From: Arenicellales bacterium
GTDB lineage: Bacteria; Pseudomonadota; Gammaproteobacteria; Arenicellales; JAJDZL01
Reading direction: 5' to 3'
Length of the DNA: 64,000 nt
Assembly: GCA_965243305.1 (NCBI GenBank)
Contig: CBDEUN010000003.1
Location: forward strand, 768,465-832,464
Part shown: positions 37,871 to 47,737 of the stretch, piece by piece
Layout: every line of letters begins with the position of its first letter
Numbering within the stretch: the first letter of the stretch is position 1
Notes under the pieces: generated by a model
The model's input: only the letters and a program-made list of their open reading frames with translations
Databases searched by the model: none
Told to the model about the DNA's origin: nothing
Translations under genes and position numbers: made by a program

Positions 37871-38416
37871 TTAACTGATAGTAGGATTTGCGGTCTTCAG
37901 TTCTACGGATAGACCGGCAACCGTCAAGGTGACACGCTGGCAGATCGCGGCAAGTTCCTGGTGCAGTTGACCACTGGTGTCAACGAATTGACGTGTCAAT
38001 TCCCCCATCGGCACAATGCCTGTTCCCACTTCATTACTCACGAAAATGATTCTTCCTTCTGAGTTTGGTAAATATGTAAATATTTTGGCGCGCTCCGATA
38101 ACCAGCAGTCTTTATGAAGACAGTTGCTAACCCAAAGTGTGAGGCAATCCACCAGAATACATGTACCAGCGTCATGAACCGACTGTAATGCTTCTGACAG
38201 ATGAACGGGTTCCTCAATTAGGTGCCAATCTTCGTCTCCCTCAGACTTTTGACGGCGTTGACGGTGCTGTTCGATCCGCACTGCCATTTCATCGTCGTCA
38301 GCAGTTGCAGTGGCAACATACACCTTATTCATGCCACTGTCTAGCACGCGTTGCTCGGCTAAACGACTCTTTCCCGATCGGGCCCCACCAAGAATCAGTT
38401 CCAATTGCGCAGCCAA
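37871..38416 (-). CDS. cobU: Adenosylcobinamide kinase / adenosylcobinamide-phosphate guanylyltransferase
   Basis: 181 aa. LILGGARSGKSRLAEQ...YVATA...VSNEVGTGIVP. Confidence 0.9.
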   Translation of the reverse strand: MAAQLELILGGARSGKSRLAEQRVLDSGMNKVYVATATADDDEMAVRIEQHRQRRQKSEGDEDWHLIEEPVHLSEALQSVHDAGTCILVDCLTLWVSNCLHKDCWLSERAKIFTYLPNSEGRIIFVSNEVGTGIVPMGELTRQFVDTSGQLHQELAAICQRVTLTVAGLSVELKTANPTIS

Positions 38417-38426
38417 CTGATAGTCC

Positions 38427-39212
38427 TCACTTGAATATTACGATGGGTTTACCCGTAACCGGATGTGAAATGAACTCAAGATTGACCCCAAACACCGTTT
38501 GAAGCAAATCATTTTGCATCATTTCGGTTGGCGTACCTTGTGCTACCAATCGCCCTTGCGACATCAAAATTAGTTGACTGGCACAGTAAAAAGCAAAATT
38601 AAGGTCGTGAACCACCAGTACAACGACTACACCCTGCTTCGCCATACTTAGCACAATTTTCTGCAACAATTGTTGATGGGCAATATCAAGTGATGACGAT
38701 GGCTCATCCAGTAGCAGAACTCGATTTTTGTTTTCCCCACTAACATTCGTCGGTTGCCAGACTTGAGCCAGAACACGAGCTAGTTGTACTCTCTGTTTTT
38801 CTCCACCGGAAAGTTCAGTGTAGTTTCTGTGCACCAAATGCCAACTGTCAACCGCGTCCAGTGTTTGTCGAACAATTTCGAGATCGATTACGGTACCGGT
38901 ATCGTAAGGAATTCTGCCCATCAATACCACTTCTTCTACTGTAAATGGAAAATTCAGGGTTGATTGCTGGGGTAGACATGCGAGCATTTTTGCCCGATCG
39001 ATCGGCTTCCACTCATGAATCTGTCGCTCGTTGAGCCACAATTCTCCCGAATCTGCCTTCAGTTCACCAGATAGCAGTTTTAGAAGGCTAGTTTTGCCCG
39101 CACCATTCGGTCCAAGCAGAGCTGTTACCAATCCTGGTTCACAGCTCAGATTAAAGTCCTTAACGCGCAGGATATTTCCGCTCGTAAGCGATGCAGAACT
39201 TGCTCTAAGCAT
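38427..39212 (-). CDS. btuD: Cobalamin/iron-chelate type ABC transporter ATP-binding protein
   Basis: 261 aa. GPNGAGKTSLLK, LSGGEKQRVQLARV, LLLDEPSSSLD. Overlaps the btuC end. Confidence 0.8.
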   Translation of the reverse strand: MLRASSASLTSGNILRVKDFNLSCEPGLVTALLGPNGAGKTSLLKLLSGELKADSGELWLNERQIHEWKPIDRAKMLACLPQQSTLNFPFTVEEVVLMGRIPYDTGTVIDLEIVRQTLDAVDSWHLVHRNYTELSGGEKQRVQLARVLAQVWQPTNVSGENKNRVLLLDEPSSSLDIAHQQLLQKIVLSMAKQGVVVVLVVHDLNFAFYCASQLILMSQGRLVAQGTPTEMMQNDLLQTVFGVNLEFISHPVTGKPIVIFK

Positions 39213-40227
39213 AGACCCTGTTCCGTTGTCGAATCAGAATGGAAATGAAAAATGGTACACCAAGCAGCGCGGTAACCACACCAATTGGCAGCTCAGCCGG
39301 AGCGACTGCAACTCGGGAAACCGCGTCTGCTGAAACCAGCAGTAGTCCACCGAGTAATGCCGATGCCGGTAACAGGTACCGATGGTTTGGTCCAATCAGA
39401 AGTCGAATCAGATGGGGAACCACAAGGCCCACAAATGCGATTGTTCCCGCAACAGCAACTGCAATACCAACGCCTAACGAGGTGTAGATGATCAGGCGAC
39501 GTTTCAGCCATTCGACACCGATTCCCAAGTGTCGTGCTTCCGACTCGCCGAGTAGCATGGCATTCAATGCGCGACTCTCGCGCGGCAAGAGAATCATCAG
39601 TACCCCGGTTGTCAGTGCACAATAAGTTATCTGCTGCCAGTCCGCTGACTCAAGTGAGCCCATTTGCCACAGACTGATCCGCCTCAGCATATCGTTGTCT
39701 GCCAAAAAGCTGAACAGTTGATTCAATGCACCTGCCAATGCGCTAATTGCAATTCCAGCCAGAAGCATGGTGGCAACCGATGTACCTTCACTGCTACTTG
39801 CCAGTCGATACACAACCCAAGCTGCCAATAACCCGCCAGCAAAAGCACCGATGGAAACCACTGACAAACCTAGTACAGAAGTCGGAAACAGAATTGCGCC
39901 GAAGACAATGACAAAACTCGCGCCAGCTGATGCACCAGCCGATACGCCGATCAGCGATGGGTCCGCCAGGGAGTTTCTAAACAGCCCCTGCATCACTGCA
40001 CCACAGATTGCCAATACGGCACCGATTAGGAAACTAAGCAGCATTCGTGGCAATCGAATGACCTGAATGATCATTTCGTCGCGAGTCTGATCATGATCAG
40101 AAAACAGCATGTCGATCAGCACGACTGGTGAAATCTGAACGGGTCCGACCAGAAGTCCAACAATAGCCGCTATAACTGACAAAACGGCTAACAGAACAAA
40201 GCAGGACTTGGGCAGCATTAATCGCAT
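39205..40227 (-). CDS. btuC: Cobalamin/FecCD-family ABC transporter permease
   Basis: 340 aa. ...IRLPRMLLSFLIGAVLAICGAVMQGLFRNSLADPSLIGVSAGAS...GTIAFVGLVVPHLIRLL...PIGVVTALLGVPFF. Confidence 0.8.
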   Translation of the reverse strand: MRLMLPKSCFVLLAVLSVIAAIVGLLVGPVQISPVVLIDMLFSDHDQTRDEMIIQVIRLPRMLLSFLIGAVLAICGAVMQGLFRNSLADPSLIGVSAGASAGASFVIVFGAILFPTSVLGLSVVSIGAFAGGLLAAWVVYRLASSSEGTSVATMLLAGIAISALAGALNQLFSFLADNDMLRRISLWQMGSLESADWQQITYCALTTGVLMILLPRESRALNAMLLGESEARHLGIGVEWLKRRLIIYTSLGVGIAVAVAGTIAFVGLVVPHLIRLLIGPNHRYLLPASALLGGLLLVSADAVSRVAVAPAELPIGVVTALLGVPFFISILIRQRNRVYA

Positions 40228-40399
40228 CAGATTAATTCAGATGTTGTGAGGTTAGAAATGGGCGGAAGACTCGTGGAGCTGTTGCTGTCGATCAGACTGA
40301 TGTTGAGAGTAGTTACCTCCAATCCGACAGAGTCAACAATCGCGGTTGCATATGAGGAAAGACGATATAAGCAAACTCAATCTGTCGTACCAAGAGTCA

Positions 40400-41017
40400 C
40401 TAGAGATCGACACCTGGGCGCGCTTTGATCCCGGATTTGAATGCATGCTTGATTTCTTTAACTTCTGATACGGTGTCTGCCAGTTCTCTAAGTTTGGCAC
40501 CTCCCCCGCGGCCTGTTACGATGACGCTCTGCTCGACCGGGCGGTTCTTGATGGCATCCAAAACTTTTTCGATATTCAGGTATTTGTAGCCGAGCATATA
40601 AGTTAGCTCATCCAATAAAACGAGGTCATATGAATCGTCTGACAGCATTCGGCTTGCGACTTCCCAGGTTTTTTCAGCAGCTGCAATATCGCGTTCACGG
40701 TCCTGACTGTCCCAGGTAAATCCGGTCCCCATCTGGTAGTGATCCACATCCTGGCGCAGTTCGCTGAAAAACAGGCTTTCGCCTGTAGTACGGTTGCCCT
40801 TGATAAACTGAATCACCCCAACTTTCTGTCCATAGCCAAGAGCTCTCAATACCATGCCAAATGCTGAGCTGCTTTTTCCTTTGCCGCTACCGGTCAAAAA
40901 TACAAAAACGCCTCGTTCGGTTGTCGCCTCTTTAATACCGGCATCAACTCTCTCTTTTTGTTTCTGCATTTTTTGTCTATGTCTTTCATTTATATCGATA
41001 TCACTCATTTCACACAT
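40400..41017 (-). CDS. cobO: Cob(I)yrinic acid a,c-diamide / cob(I)alamin adenosyltransferase (copy 1)
   Basis: 205 aa. VFLTGSGKGKSSSAFGMVLRALGYGQKVGVIQFIKG...LVLLDELTY...VIVTGRG. Confidence 0.9.
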   Translation of the reverse strand: MCEMSDIDINERHRQKMQKQKERVDAGIKEATTERGVFVFLTGSGKGKSSSAFGMVLRALGYGQKVGVIQFIKGNRTTGESLFFSELRQDVDHYQMGTGFTWDSQDRERDIAAAEKTWEVASRMLSDDSYDLVLLDELTYMLGYKYLNIEKVLDAIKNRPVEQSVIVTGRGGGAKLRELADTVSEVKEIKHAFKSGIKARPGVDL

Positions 41018-41202
41018 TCCTCCTGAGCAGTAGGCAATTCTGATTATCTGCTCGAATTAGAGTACCTTCAGCACAAAAATTACAAGATGTGAAACCCAGA
41101 TCTCAGGTTTGCTAGACTGAAACAACTCACTCATAGAATCAGAAAGGTCGCTGATTTGTTCAAATTCTGACATCTCACATAAGATTTGTCGCAGGCACCG
41201 TA

Positions 41203-43086
41203 CTAAAACCTATACTCAAGCGACAATTCAATCGTTCGCCCCTCGTTTTGATAGGCGTTATCGCTACTTGCCAAATTTGTGACATATTCTTTGTCGAACA
41301 GATTGTCGATATGACCTGATATCGACAAGTTTTCTGAAATTTCATAGCGGCTGTTGATTCCCCAGAGTGCGTAGCCCGGCAATTGTGTTGAGCCGTCAAA
41401 GCGAGCATGCTCAAAATAGGCATTCGCACCAATGTAGAGATTGTCAATTTGTCTTCCCAGCTCAAACGATGCTGAAGCTCGGGCTCTGCCATCTAAAAAT
41501 CTTCCTGTATTATCGTCTTGAGCATCCAGGTATTCCATGCTCGTGTTGAAAATATAGTCATTCCATTCGCTGGTCAAATCAAATTCAATTCCTTTCATTG
41601 TTGCATTATTGATATTGCTTGGCTGCCTACGATTATCCGGATCATTCGGGATAGGTGCCCAAGCAATCAGGTTTGTTACCTTAGTCTGATATGCATTCAC
41701 CTGCCAGAACAAGTCTCCATAATTCGCCCTCAATGACAGTTCAGCTGATTTGCTTTCTTCCGGCATCAGATCTGGATTACCACCATCTGGCCAAAACAGA
41801 TCATTGAAAGTTGGGGCTTTAAACGCTGTTCCGTAGCTGGCTACGAGTTGGAATTGATCCGAAATGTCGTACGATTGCTGAATGCTGTAGTTTGAAACCG
41901 AGCCAAACACATCATTTTTGTCGTAGCGGGCATTGATGACAGTACTTGATTGCTCGCCCCGGCGTTGCCACAGTGCAAAAACTCCCTTGTTGTCCCGTTT
42001 CTTGACGTCATAGTCGGTCGTTGAATCGACTTTGTCTTTCTGATAGTCAACACCAAGTGACAATCTGTTTTGTGCGGATAAATTTAAATTTGCTTGAATT
42101 GAGAAATCAGTTTTCTTTGTTTCAAAGTGTGTAATTCGGCTGTCAGCCGTTGTATGATCAAGTTTGATATCTCGATAGAAGTCAGTCGCAGCTCCAAGAA
42201 TTCCAGAGATGCTTAATTTTTCAGAATGATCGTAGTCGATACGTGCAGATGTAGTCTCTAATTTAGTGCGGCTATGCCAGTCTTCACCGATATTAGCCCT
42301 GCTAGACGAGCCAAACGTGCTTGTATTGTCGTATTCCACCCTGCCAGAACTTCGGACATGACTGATCCTTAGATCCAAGCGGTCCTGCAGACTTGTTGCA
42401 AAAGAAAAATTACGCACAGACTGTTCAAATCCGTCTCGATCTTCGTTGCCTCCGCCTTTAAATGCCGTTCGATCTATCCCTTCAGTTGATTCTTTTGACA
42501 GTGACACAGATACGTTGTAACCATCATCTCCATAACCTGCTTGGGCAGTGAATTGGCGAAATCGATTGCTGCCAGCAGTTCCCTCAATTATGGCGAACGA
42601 ACCGATGTCGTGGTACTGTTTAGTAAAGATCTGGATTACTCCGCCAATGGCATTCGCCCCATAAACACCGGACATTGGGCCTTTGACAATTTCAATACGC
42701 TCAATTGATTCTAGTGGAATACGCTGAATCGCTGTCCCGCCCAAGGTTGCGCTTGCAGTTCGTACGCCGTCTATCAGAAAAATTAATTGGTCGCTATTGG
42801 ATCCACGAAGAAAGATACTACCGCTCGAACCCCTGCCACCTCTGTCGCTGAAGGTCAAACCGCTCTTTCGAGACAGCAAGTCTCCAAGATCTCGGGGCTT
42901 AAGCCGCTCAATTTCTTCGGCAGTTATGACTTGAGTAGATGGCAAAGTGTCAGCAAGTGGTGTCGCAATTCGTGTAGCTGTTACGACAATCTCGTCGAGC
43001 AGATTTTCCTCATCTTCTGGCTGTTGCGCAAAGGACAATGGTGCTGAAAGCATCAACATGATGCCGATAATTCGAGACAGTTTCAT
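41203..43086 (-). CDS. btuB: TonB-dependent vitamin B12 outer-membrane receptor
   Basis: 627 aa with a signal peptide. TonB box region DEIVVTATR, a plug, a beta-barrel and a terminal ...ELSLEYRF. A cobalamin riboswitch lies in the leader. Confidence 0.85.
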   Translation of the reverse strand: MKLSRIIGIMLMLSAPLSFAQQPEDEENLLDEIVVTATRIATPLADTLPSTQVITAEEIERLKPRDLGDLLSRKSGLTFSDRGGRGSSGSIFLRGSNSDQLIFLIDGVRTASATLGGTAIQRIPLESIERIEIVKGPMSGVYGANAIGGVIQIFTKQYHDIGSFAIIEGTAGSNRFRQFTAQAGYGDDGYNVSVSLSKESTEGIDRTAFKGGGNEDRDGFEQSVRNFSFATSLQDRLDLRISHVRSSGRVEYDNTSTFGSSSRANIGEDWHSRTKLETTSARIDYDHSEKLSISGILGAATDFYRDIKLDHTTADSRITHFETKKTDFSIQANLNLSAQNRLSLGVDYQKDKVDSTTDYDVKKRDNKGVFALWQRRGEQSSTVINARYDKNDVFGSVSNYSIQQSYDISDQFQLVASYGTAFKAPTFNDLFWPDGGNPDLMPEESKSAELSLRANYGDLFWQVNAYQTKVTNLIAWAPIPNDPDNRRQPSNINNATMKGIEFDLTSEWNDYIFNTSMEYLDAQDDNTGRFLDGRARASASFELGRQIDNLYIGANAYFEHARFDGSTQLPGYALWGINSRYEISENLSISGHIDNLFDKEYVTNLASSDNAYQNEGRTIELSLEYRF

Positions 43087-43439
43087 TAGATGTTCCTCAT
43101 CAATTAGTCAAAGAGAAACAGATTTTGAAGAGAATTTTTATTCAATTGAAAAATCAGTTTCGGCATTGAAGTCTTCCGCGAAATCAATCGTCGTTGGCTT
43201 GCATGAGGGCGACTCCGTGTTTGCGGCGTGCTACTCGACTATAACTTCGGGAACAGTGATGCGAGTGTTGCAACCAGTACCGCAAGGGCAACGCACAAGA
43301 TTCGCGGCCATCTAATCGAGAGGCGTACCGCTGAATAATTCTTTGCATGAAACTCTTCCATTGGTATCAACACTACAAAGGGAGGAGTTCAGGTGGTGGG
43401 ATATTTTGCGCCACGTTGAAGCCCTCCGCTAAAACGAAT

Positions 43440-43600
43440 GTTTTGGCCTGAAAGAGGGCGGTTCCGGACTAACAGCACTATGGCTGATTACCGTTGCGGG
43501 GGCAGCGCTGGAATTGCGAAGTAGAGAACCGGTTGAACGACTTCGCGCACCAAACTTCCCATTTAAAGTGTTGCCTTGAATTCGGATCAATTCGGCAACA
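43440..43600 (-). promoter_or_regulatory. Cobalamin riboswitch in the btuB leader
   Basis: The minus strand reads AATGGGAAGTTTGGTG(hairpin CGCGAAGT..ACTTCGC)AATTCCAGCGCTGCCCCCGCAACGGTAATCAGCC...TTAGTCCGGAACCGCCC. This matches the conserved AGGGAA / GGTG..AA.TCC / GC.G.CCCCGC.AC.GTAA core and the B12 box. Confidence 0.8.
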
Positions 43601-43791
43601 AACACCTCAAACAGCAGTGCGTCATTATACGGCTACATTTTTCAGTGCAATAATTAATTTTCACTTAGAATCAATAAATCGAGTAGTCGAAGATCACATT
43701 CGGAGGAACACTTTCCGATGTTGCCACCATTCAGGCGCTTGCCACATTAAAACTGTACCTGGCTTTACACAGATTGAACACTGCAGCATTA

Positions 43792-44607
43792 ATGATTCAG
43801 GGCACTGGTTCCGATGCCGGCAAATCTGTCATTGTTGTCGGATTGTGTCGAGCGGTCAGAAAGCGCTGAATTCGCGTCGCACCCCTCAAACCTCAAAATA
43901 TGTCCAATAACGCGGCTGCTAGTCCAAGTGGTGGTGAAATTGGTCGTGCACAAGCACTTCAAGCCCAAGCAGCAGAGATTGAACTTTCGATTGAATTGAA
44001 TCCAGTACTGCCTAATCCCCAGTCAGACCGGGAATCTCAGGTCGTTGTGCACGGGAAAGCGGTTTCTAACCTTGATGCGAAAGACTATTTCATTCAACGT
44101 CATTCGTTGATGGAACCCGACATGCAGCGGTTTCGGAATTTGGCAGAAGAATATGACCTGGTTCTAATTGAAGGCGCTGGAAGTTCAGCAGAAACCAACC
44201 TTCGCGACAGAGACATTACCGATATGGGATTTGCCAGAAAGGCATAGGTACCTGTCTGCCTTTTGGCTGATATCGAACGTGGTGGCGTTAGAGCATCTAT
44301 AGTCGGTACCAGAGAAGTCTTGGGCCCTGATGATTCAGCACTCATAAAAAGGTTTATGATCAACAAGTTTCGTGGCGACGTTTCGCTGTTCGACAACGGC
44401 AGACGCGACATTGAATTTCGCACACCCTGGCCGTGTCGTGGTGTCATTCCATATCTGAACATCGTTAGAAGATTACCGTACGAAGACTCAGTTGCTATGG
44501 AAGGAATTTCAAAAGAAATGTCAACAGCGGGTCGTGGTCAGTTAAAGGTCGCTGTACCAATCCTATCTAGAATCAACAAATTCCAAGTTTTTGAAAAGGC
44601 TTCGTAA
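43792..44607 (+). pseudogene. cobQ: Truncated cobQ paralog with two in-frame stops
   Basis: It reads [41 protein letters not shown]...ITDMGFARKA*VPVCLLADIERGG...KVAVPILSRI. This is colinear with the intact CobQ at 31881-33341 (TGA at 43867-43869, TAG at 44245-44247). It diverges and ends after about 270 codons, with the amidotransferase half missing. Confidence 0.85.
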
Positions 44608-45246
44608 TTTGACATTCTTTAACAGTTGCGTTCAGAAGCTTTGAAAAATTTTCCAGTCACATCCATAATGTGGCCTCGGGCATGGAGTCTACCCTCGAAT
44701 GCGTAGCAAAGTATGAGATGGATGCCGAGGACTGGCAACTGAAGAAGTTTTTCGTTGAGGCGTTGTACTTGGAATCAAGAATTATTCAGCACGTACATTG
44801 CCCTGATGCGTTTCCGAGTGGCCAACACTGCAGGAAATGACCCCCGAAACTTGATTTATAATCCGATTTTTGATCTCCGATCTGCATGCATCCATATGAA
44901 ATTTTGGCATGCAAACAGCGCAGCAGGGCGTAAGTGCATTTCCGTTCCGCGGTGGTTCCTCAGTCTGTATATCAAGGGAGAAAGGAGGTCTTCTTAATCA
45001 TTCATATCAATAGATCAAATCGGCATTTTGGCGATTTTCGAACTGCGAAATTTGAGTGTTCAATCAGGGAGATTGGTTAAGTGTGGGGAAATGATAGAAT
45101 CAAGACCGATACGAAACCGCGTCGTCATACGGCTAGTCAGTGCATGGGGAGCTGACCGAACAACAACCAAAACACCGCACCATCATAATTGGATCGCAAC
45201 GATTCTGAGATGGACGCGATTGACATGACAGCCGTGGACAGTACTG

Positions 45247-45852
45247 ATGGACGATGAAGCAAAACACAAGCACAACGTCACTCTGAAGCGCAAGAAGCTG
45301 GTGATCGATGAGCAGATTGCCCTCGCACAGGAAAATCGCGGGGTGCTGGTCTTGATTACTGGCGATGGCAAGGGTAAAACCACCTCCGCCTTCGGTACCG
45401 CATTCCGTGCTCTAGGGCACGGAATGAGGGTAGGAATCATACAGTTTATCAAAGGTACTCAGGCAACAGGCGAAGTCATTTATCTTACGCAACAGCATCC
45501 ACAACTGGCTTACCATGCCATGGCGACTGGCTTTACCTGGGACACCCGAGACTGGGACAAGGACAAAACCGCCGCAGAGGAGACTTGGGTTTACGCCAGA
45601 CGCATGCTGACGGACCCCGAAATTCAACTGGTGGTGCTGGACGAATTGACCTATATGCTTACGTATGAGTACCTGAGCATGGCCGATGTGATACAGGCTA
45701 TGCGTCAACGCCCAACAAGACAGAATGTGATTGTCACTGGCCGCGACGCGAAACCGGAACTGATTGCAATTGCTGATACCGTCAGCGAAATCGCTGCGGT
45801 CAAGCACGCATTCAAAGACGGCGTGAAAGCCCAGCCTGGTATGGATTTCTGA
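45247..45852 (+). CDS. cobO: Cob(I)alamin adenosyltransferase (copy 2)
   Basis: 201 aa. VLITGDGKGKTTSAFGTAFRALGHGMRVGIIQFIKG...LVVLDELTY...VIVTGRDA. Confidence 0.9.
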   Translation: MDDEAKHKHNVTLKRKKLVIDEQIALAQENRGVLVLITGDGKGKTTSAFGTAFRALGHGMRVGIIQFIKGTQATGEVIYLTQQHPQLAYHAMATGFTWDTRDWDKDKTAAEETWVYARRMLTDPEIQLVVLDELTYMLTYEYLSMADVIQAMRQRPTRQNVIVTGRDAKPELIAIADTVSEIAAVKHAFKDGVKAQPGMDF

Positions 45853-46718
45853 TGCTCAGGGGTGTGTTTCGAACCGGTTTGCTATGTTGTATTCTGAGTG
45901 CGGTCGCGAGTGCAGAGCAAACCGCCGCGTTGCCAACCATCGTTTCGACTCATCTTTGTGCTGACCAACTGGCACTGAGTCTGGCAGTACCGGAGCAGAT
46001 TCTTTCGCTCAGCTATAAGAGCCAGGACCCCCTTCGGTCTCGCCATGCCGCGCGAGCATTGGCCTATCCCGCCAATAGTGGCAGCAGCGAAGAAGTTATC
46101 CAGTTCAAACCGGATATTGTGCTGGCTTCGCGACGTTGGCGAAACCATCCGCAGCAACGACAGTTCGACACGCTGAATATTCGTGTGGTGGTGGTCCCGC
46201 TGTCTAACAGTTGGATGGAGATATTTGCCAACACCCAATGGATGGCCGATCAGCTCGGTCAACCAGAACGCGGTCATGCCTTGGTTTCGGATGTGCAACG
46301 TCGCCTACGCGCCTTGCAGGAGTCCGTGACAATTTCGGGCGAACCCGAGCAGAGTCTGCTGTACCTACGCCCCAATGGCGGCAGTAGCGGCGAGGGTACC
46401 TACATCGATATGCTAATCCGGGCTCTGGGCTTTCGCAATCATGCGTCGACATTGGGGCTCAAAGGCTGGGGTCAACTGGCACTGGAAAGCATCGTGATGA
46501 ATCCACCGGATTATTTTTTACTCAGCGGCCACGTGCGCGATAACACTCGCGGCAACAGCCGACTGTCTCGTCATCCGTTGCTACAGCAACTACTGGACGA
46601 GCAGACGGTTCTATCGCTACCACCCGACACTGGCTATTGTGCCGACTGGCAGATTATCGACACCGCAGAATACCTTGCCGGGCAATTGATGGCAGCAGCG
46701 AATGGAGAAGGACGATGA
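45852..46718 (+). CDS. Periplasmic binding protein (Peripla_BP_2, BtuF/FecB family), second importer
   Basis: 288 aa with a signal peptide. ...KPDIVLASRRW... Translationally coupled on both sides to cobO and a FecCD permease. Confidence 0.65.
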   Translation: MLRGVFRTGLLCCILSAVASAEQTAALPTIVSTHLCADQLALSLAVPEQILSLSYKSQDPLRSRHAARALAYPANSGSSEEVIQFKPDIVLASRRWRNHPQQRQFDTLNIRVVVVPLSNSWMEIFANTQWMADQLGQPERGHALVSDVQRRLRALQESVTISGEPEQSLLYLRPNGGSSGEGTYIDMLIRALGFRNHASTLGLKGWGQLALESIVMNPPDYFLLSGHVRDNTRGNSRLSRHPLLQQLLDEQTVLSLPPDTGYCADWQIIDTAEYLAGQLMAAANGEGR

Positions 46719-47737
46719 ACGGACAGACAGTTTATCGACGTTATCCTCTGTTGAACGGCGGTCTGCTAATCCTGTTACTGTTGTTGGCGCTGATCTCACT
46801 TCGTATCGGTCCCGTACCGATATCCACTGGTGAGTTGATCAACGCCCTGATGCAGAGCGACAGTTCCGACCAGGCGTTGCGCCATGGCATGATTCTCAGC
46901 GAATTGCGTCTGCCGCGACTTCTTTTGGCGATACTGGTAGGCGCTTCATTGGGGGTTTCGGGTGCGGCGCTACAGGGGCTTTTGCGTAATCCGTTAGCCG
47001 AGCCAGGCTTGCTCGGCGTTTCCTCATGTGCCGGGCTAGGCGCGGTGATCTGCCTCTACTTCGGCCTCAGTGTGTTGAGTATCTGGCTGCTACCGGTCAT
47101 GGCTATGGCCGGCGCCACGCTGGCGACTCTGTTGCTGTGCTGGATAGGTCGCCACCGTGCTGGCAACCTGACCCTGATTCTGAGCGGTATCGCGCTGTCA
47201 TCACTCGCCGCTGCATTGACTTCGCTGGCCCTGAATCTAGCGCCTACCCCAGCTGATGTGCGGGATATGGTACTGTGGTTGCTGGGATCACTGAACTACC
47301 GCAGTTTCTCCGACATTCAATTATGCCTGCCATTCGTGATCACAGGCCTAGCTCTGTTACTTAGCTGCGGTGCCAAGTTAGATGCACTAACCCTGGGCGA
47401 GGGCGAAGCGCAGAGTCTCGGTGTTAATCTACCTGCCTTACAACGACAGATCATACTCGGTACCGCTCTATGCGTTGGCTCCTGTGTTGCAGTGACCGGT
47501 TCAATCGGTTTTGTCGGGCTCGTGGTGCCTCACCTGTTGCGCCGCTGGGTGGACTACCATCCGTCGCGGCTGCTTTTGAGTAGTGCTGTGGGAGGCGCAG
47601 TGCTGTTGCTGACTGCCGATATCGCCCTGCGTTTGCTCAGCAGTACCCAGGAAATCATGCTTGGTGTGGTCACCGCGCTGATTGGCGCACCGTTCTTTCT
47701 ACTTTTGGTGCTGCAACAAAAGCGGGAGGCCGTATGA
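46715..47737 (+). CDS. FecCD-family ABC transporter permease, second importer
   Basis: LRLPRLLLAILVGASLGVSGAALQGLLRNPLAEPGLLGVSS...GSIGFVGLVVPHLLRRW...LGVVTALIGAPFF. ATG 46715 (an ATGA overlap with the upstream stop) is preferred over 46637. Confidence 0.8.
   Translation: MNGQTVYRRYPLLNGGLLILLLLLALISLRIGPVPISTGELINALMQSDSSDQALRHGMILSELRLPRLLLAILVGASLGVSGAALQGLLRNPLAEPGLLGVSSCAGLGAVICLYFGLSVLSIWLLPVMAMAGATLATLLLCWIGRHRAGNLTLILSGIALSSLAAALTSLALNLAPTPADVRDMVLWLLGSLNYRSFSDIQLCLPFVITGLALLLSCGAKLDALTLGEGEAQSLGVNLPALQRQIILGTALCVGSCVAVTGSIGFVGLVVPHLLRRWVDYHPSRLLLSSAVGGAVLLLTADIALRLLSSTQEIMLGVVTALIGAPFFLLLVLQQKREAV

Noticed and set aside
43494-43999. ORFs 43494..43910 and 43814..43999 (+)
   Set aside because: They overlap the btuB riboswitch and the out-of-frame 5' end of the cobQ pseudogene, and their Cys/His/Arg-rich sequence looks like nonsense.
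44608-45246. A cobalamin riboswitch in the 640-nt gap upstream of the second cobO
   Set aside because: There are scattered similarities (GGTGGTTCC, AAGGGAG, TCAGTGCATGGGGAG, GATACGAAACCGCG), but I could not assemble the conserved core in order on either strand. This needs a covariance-model scan before it can be called.
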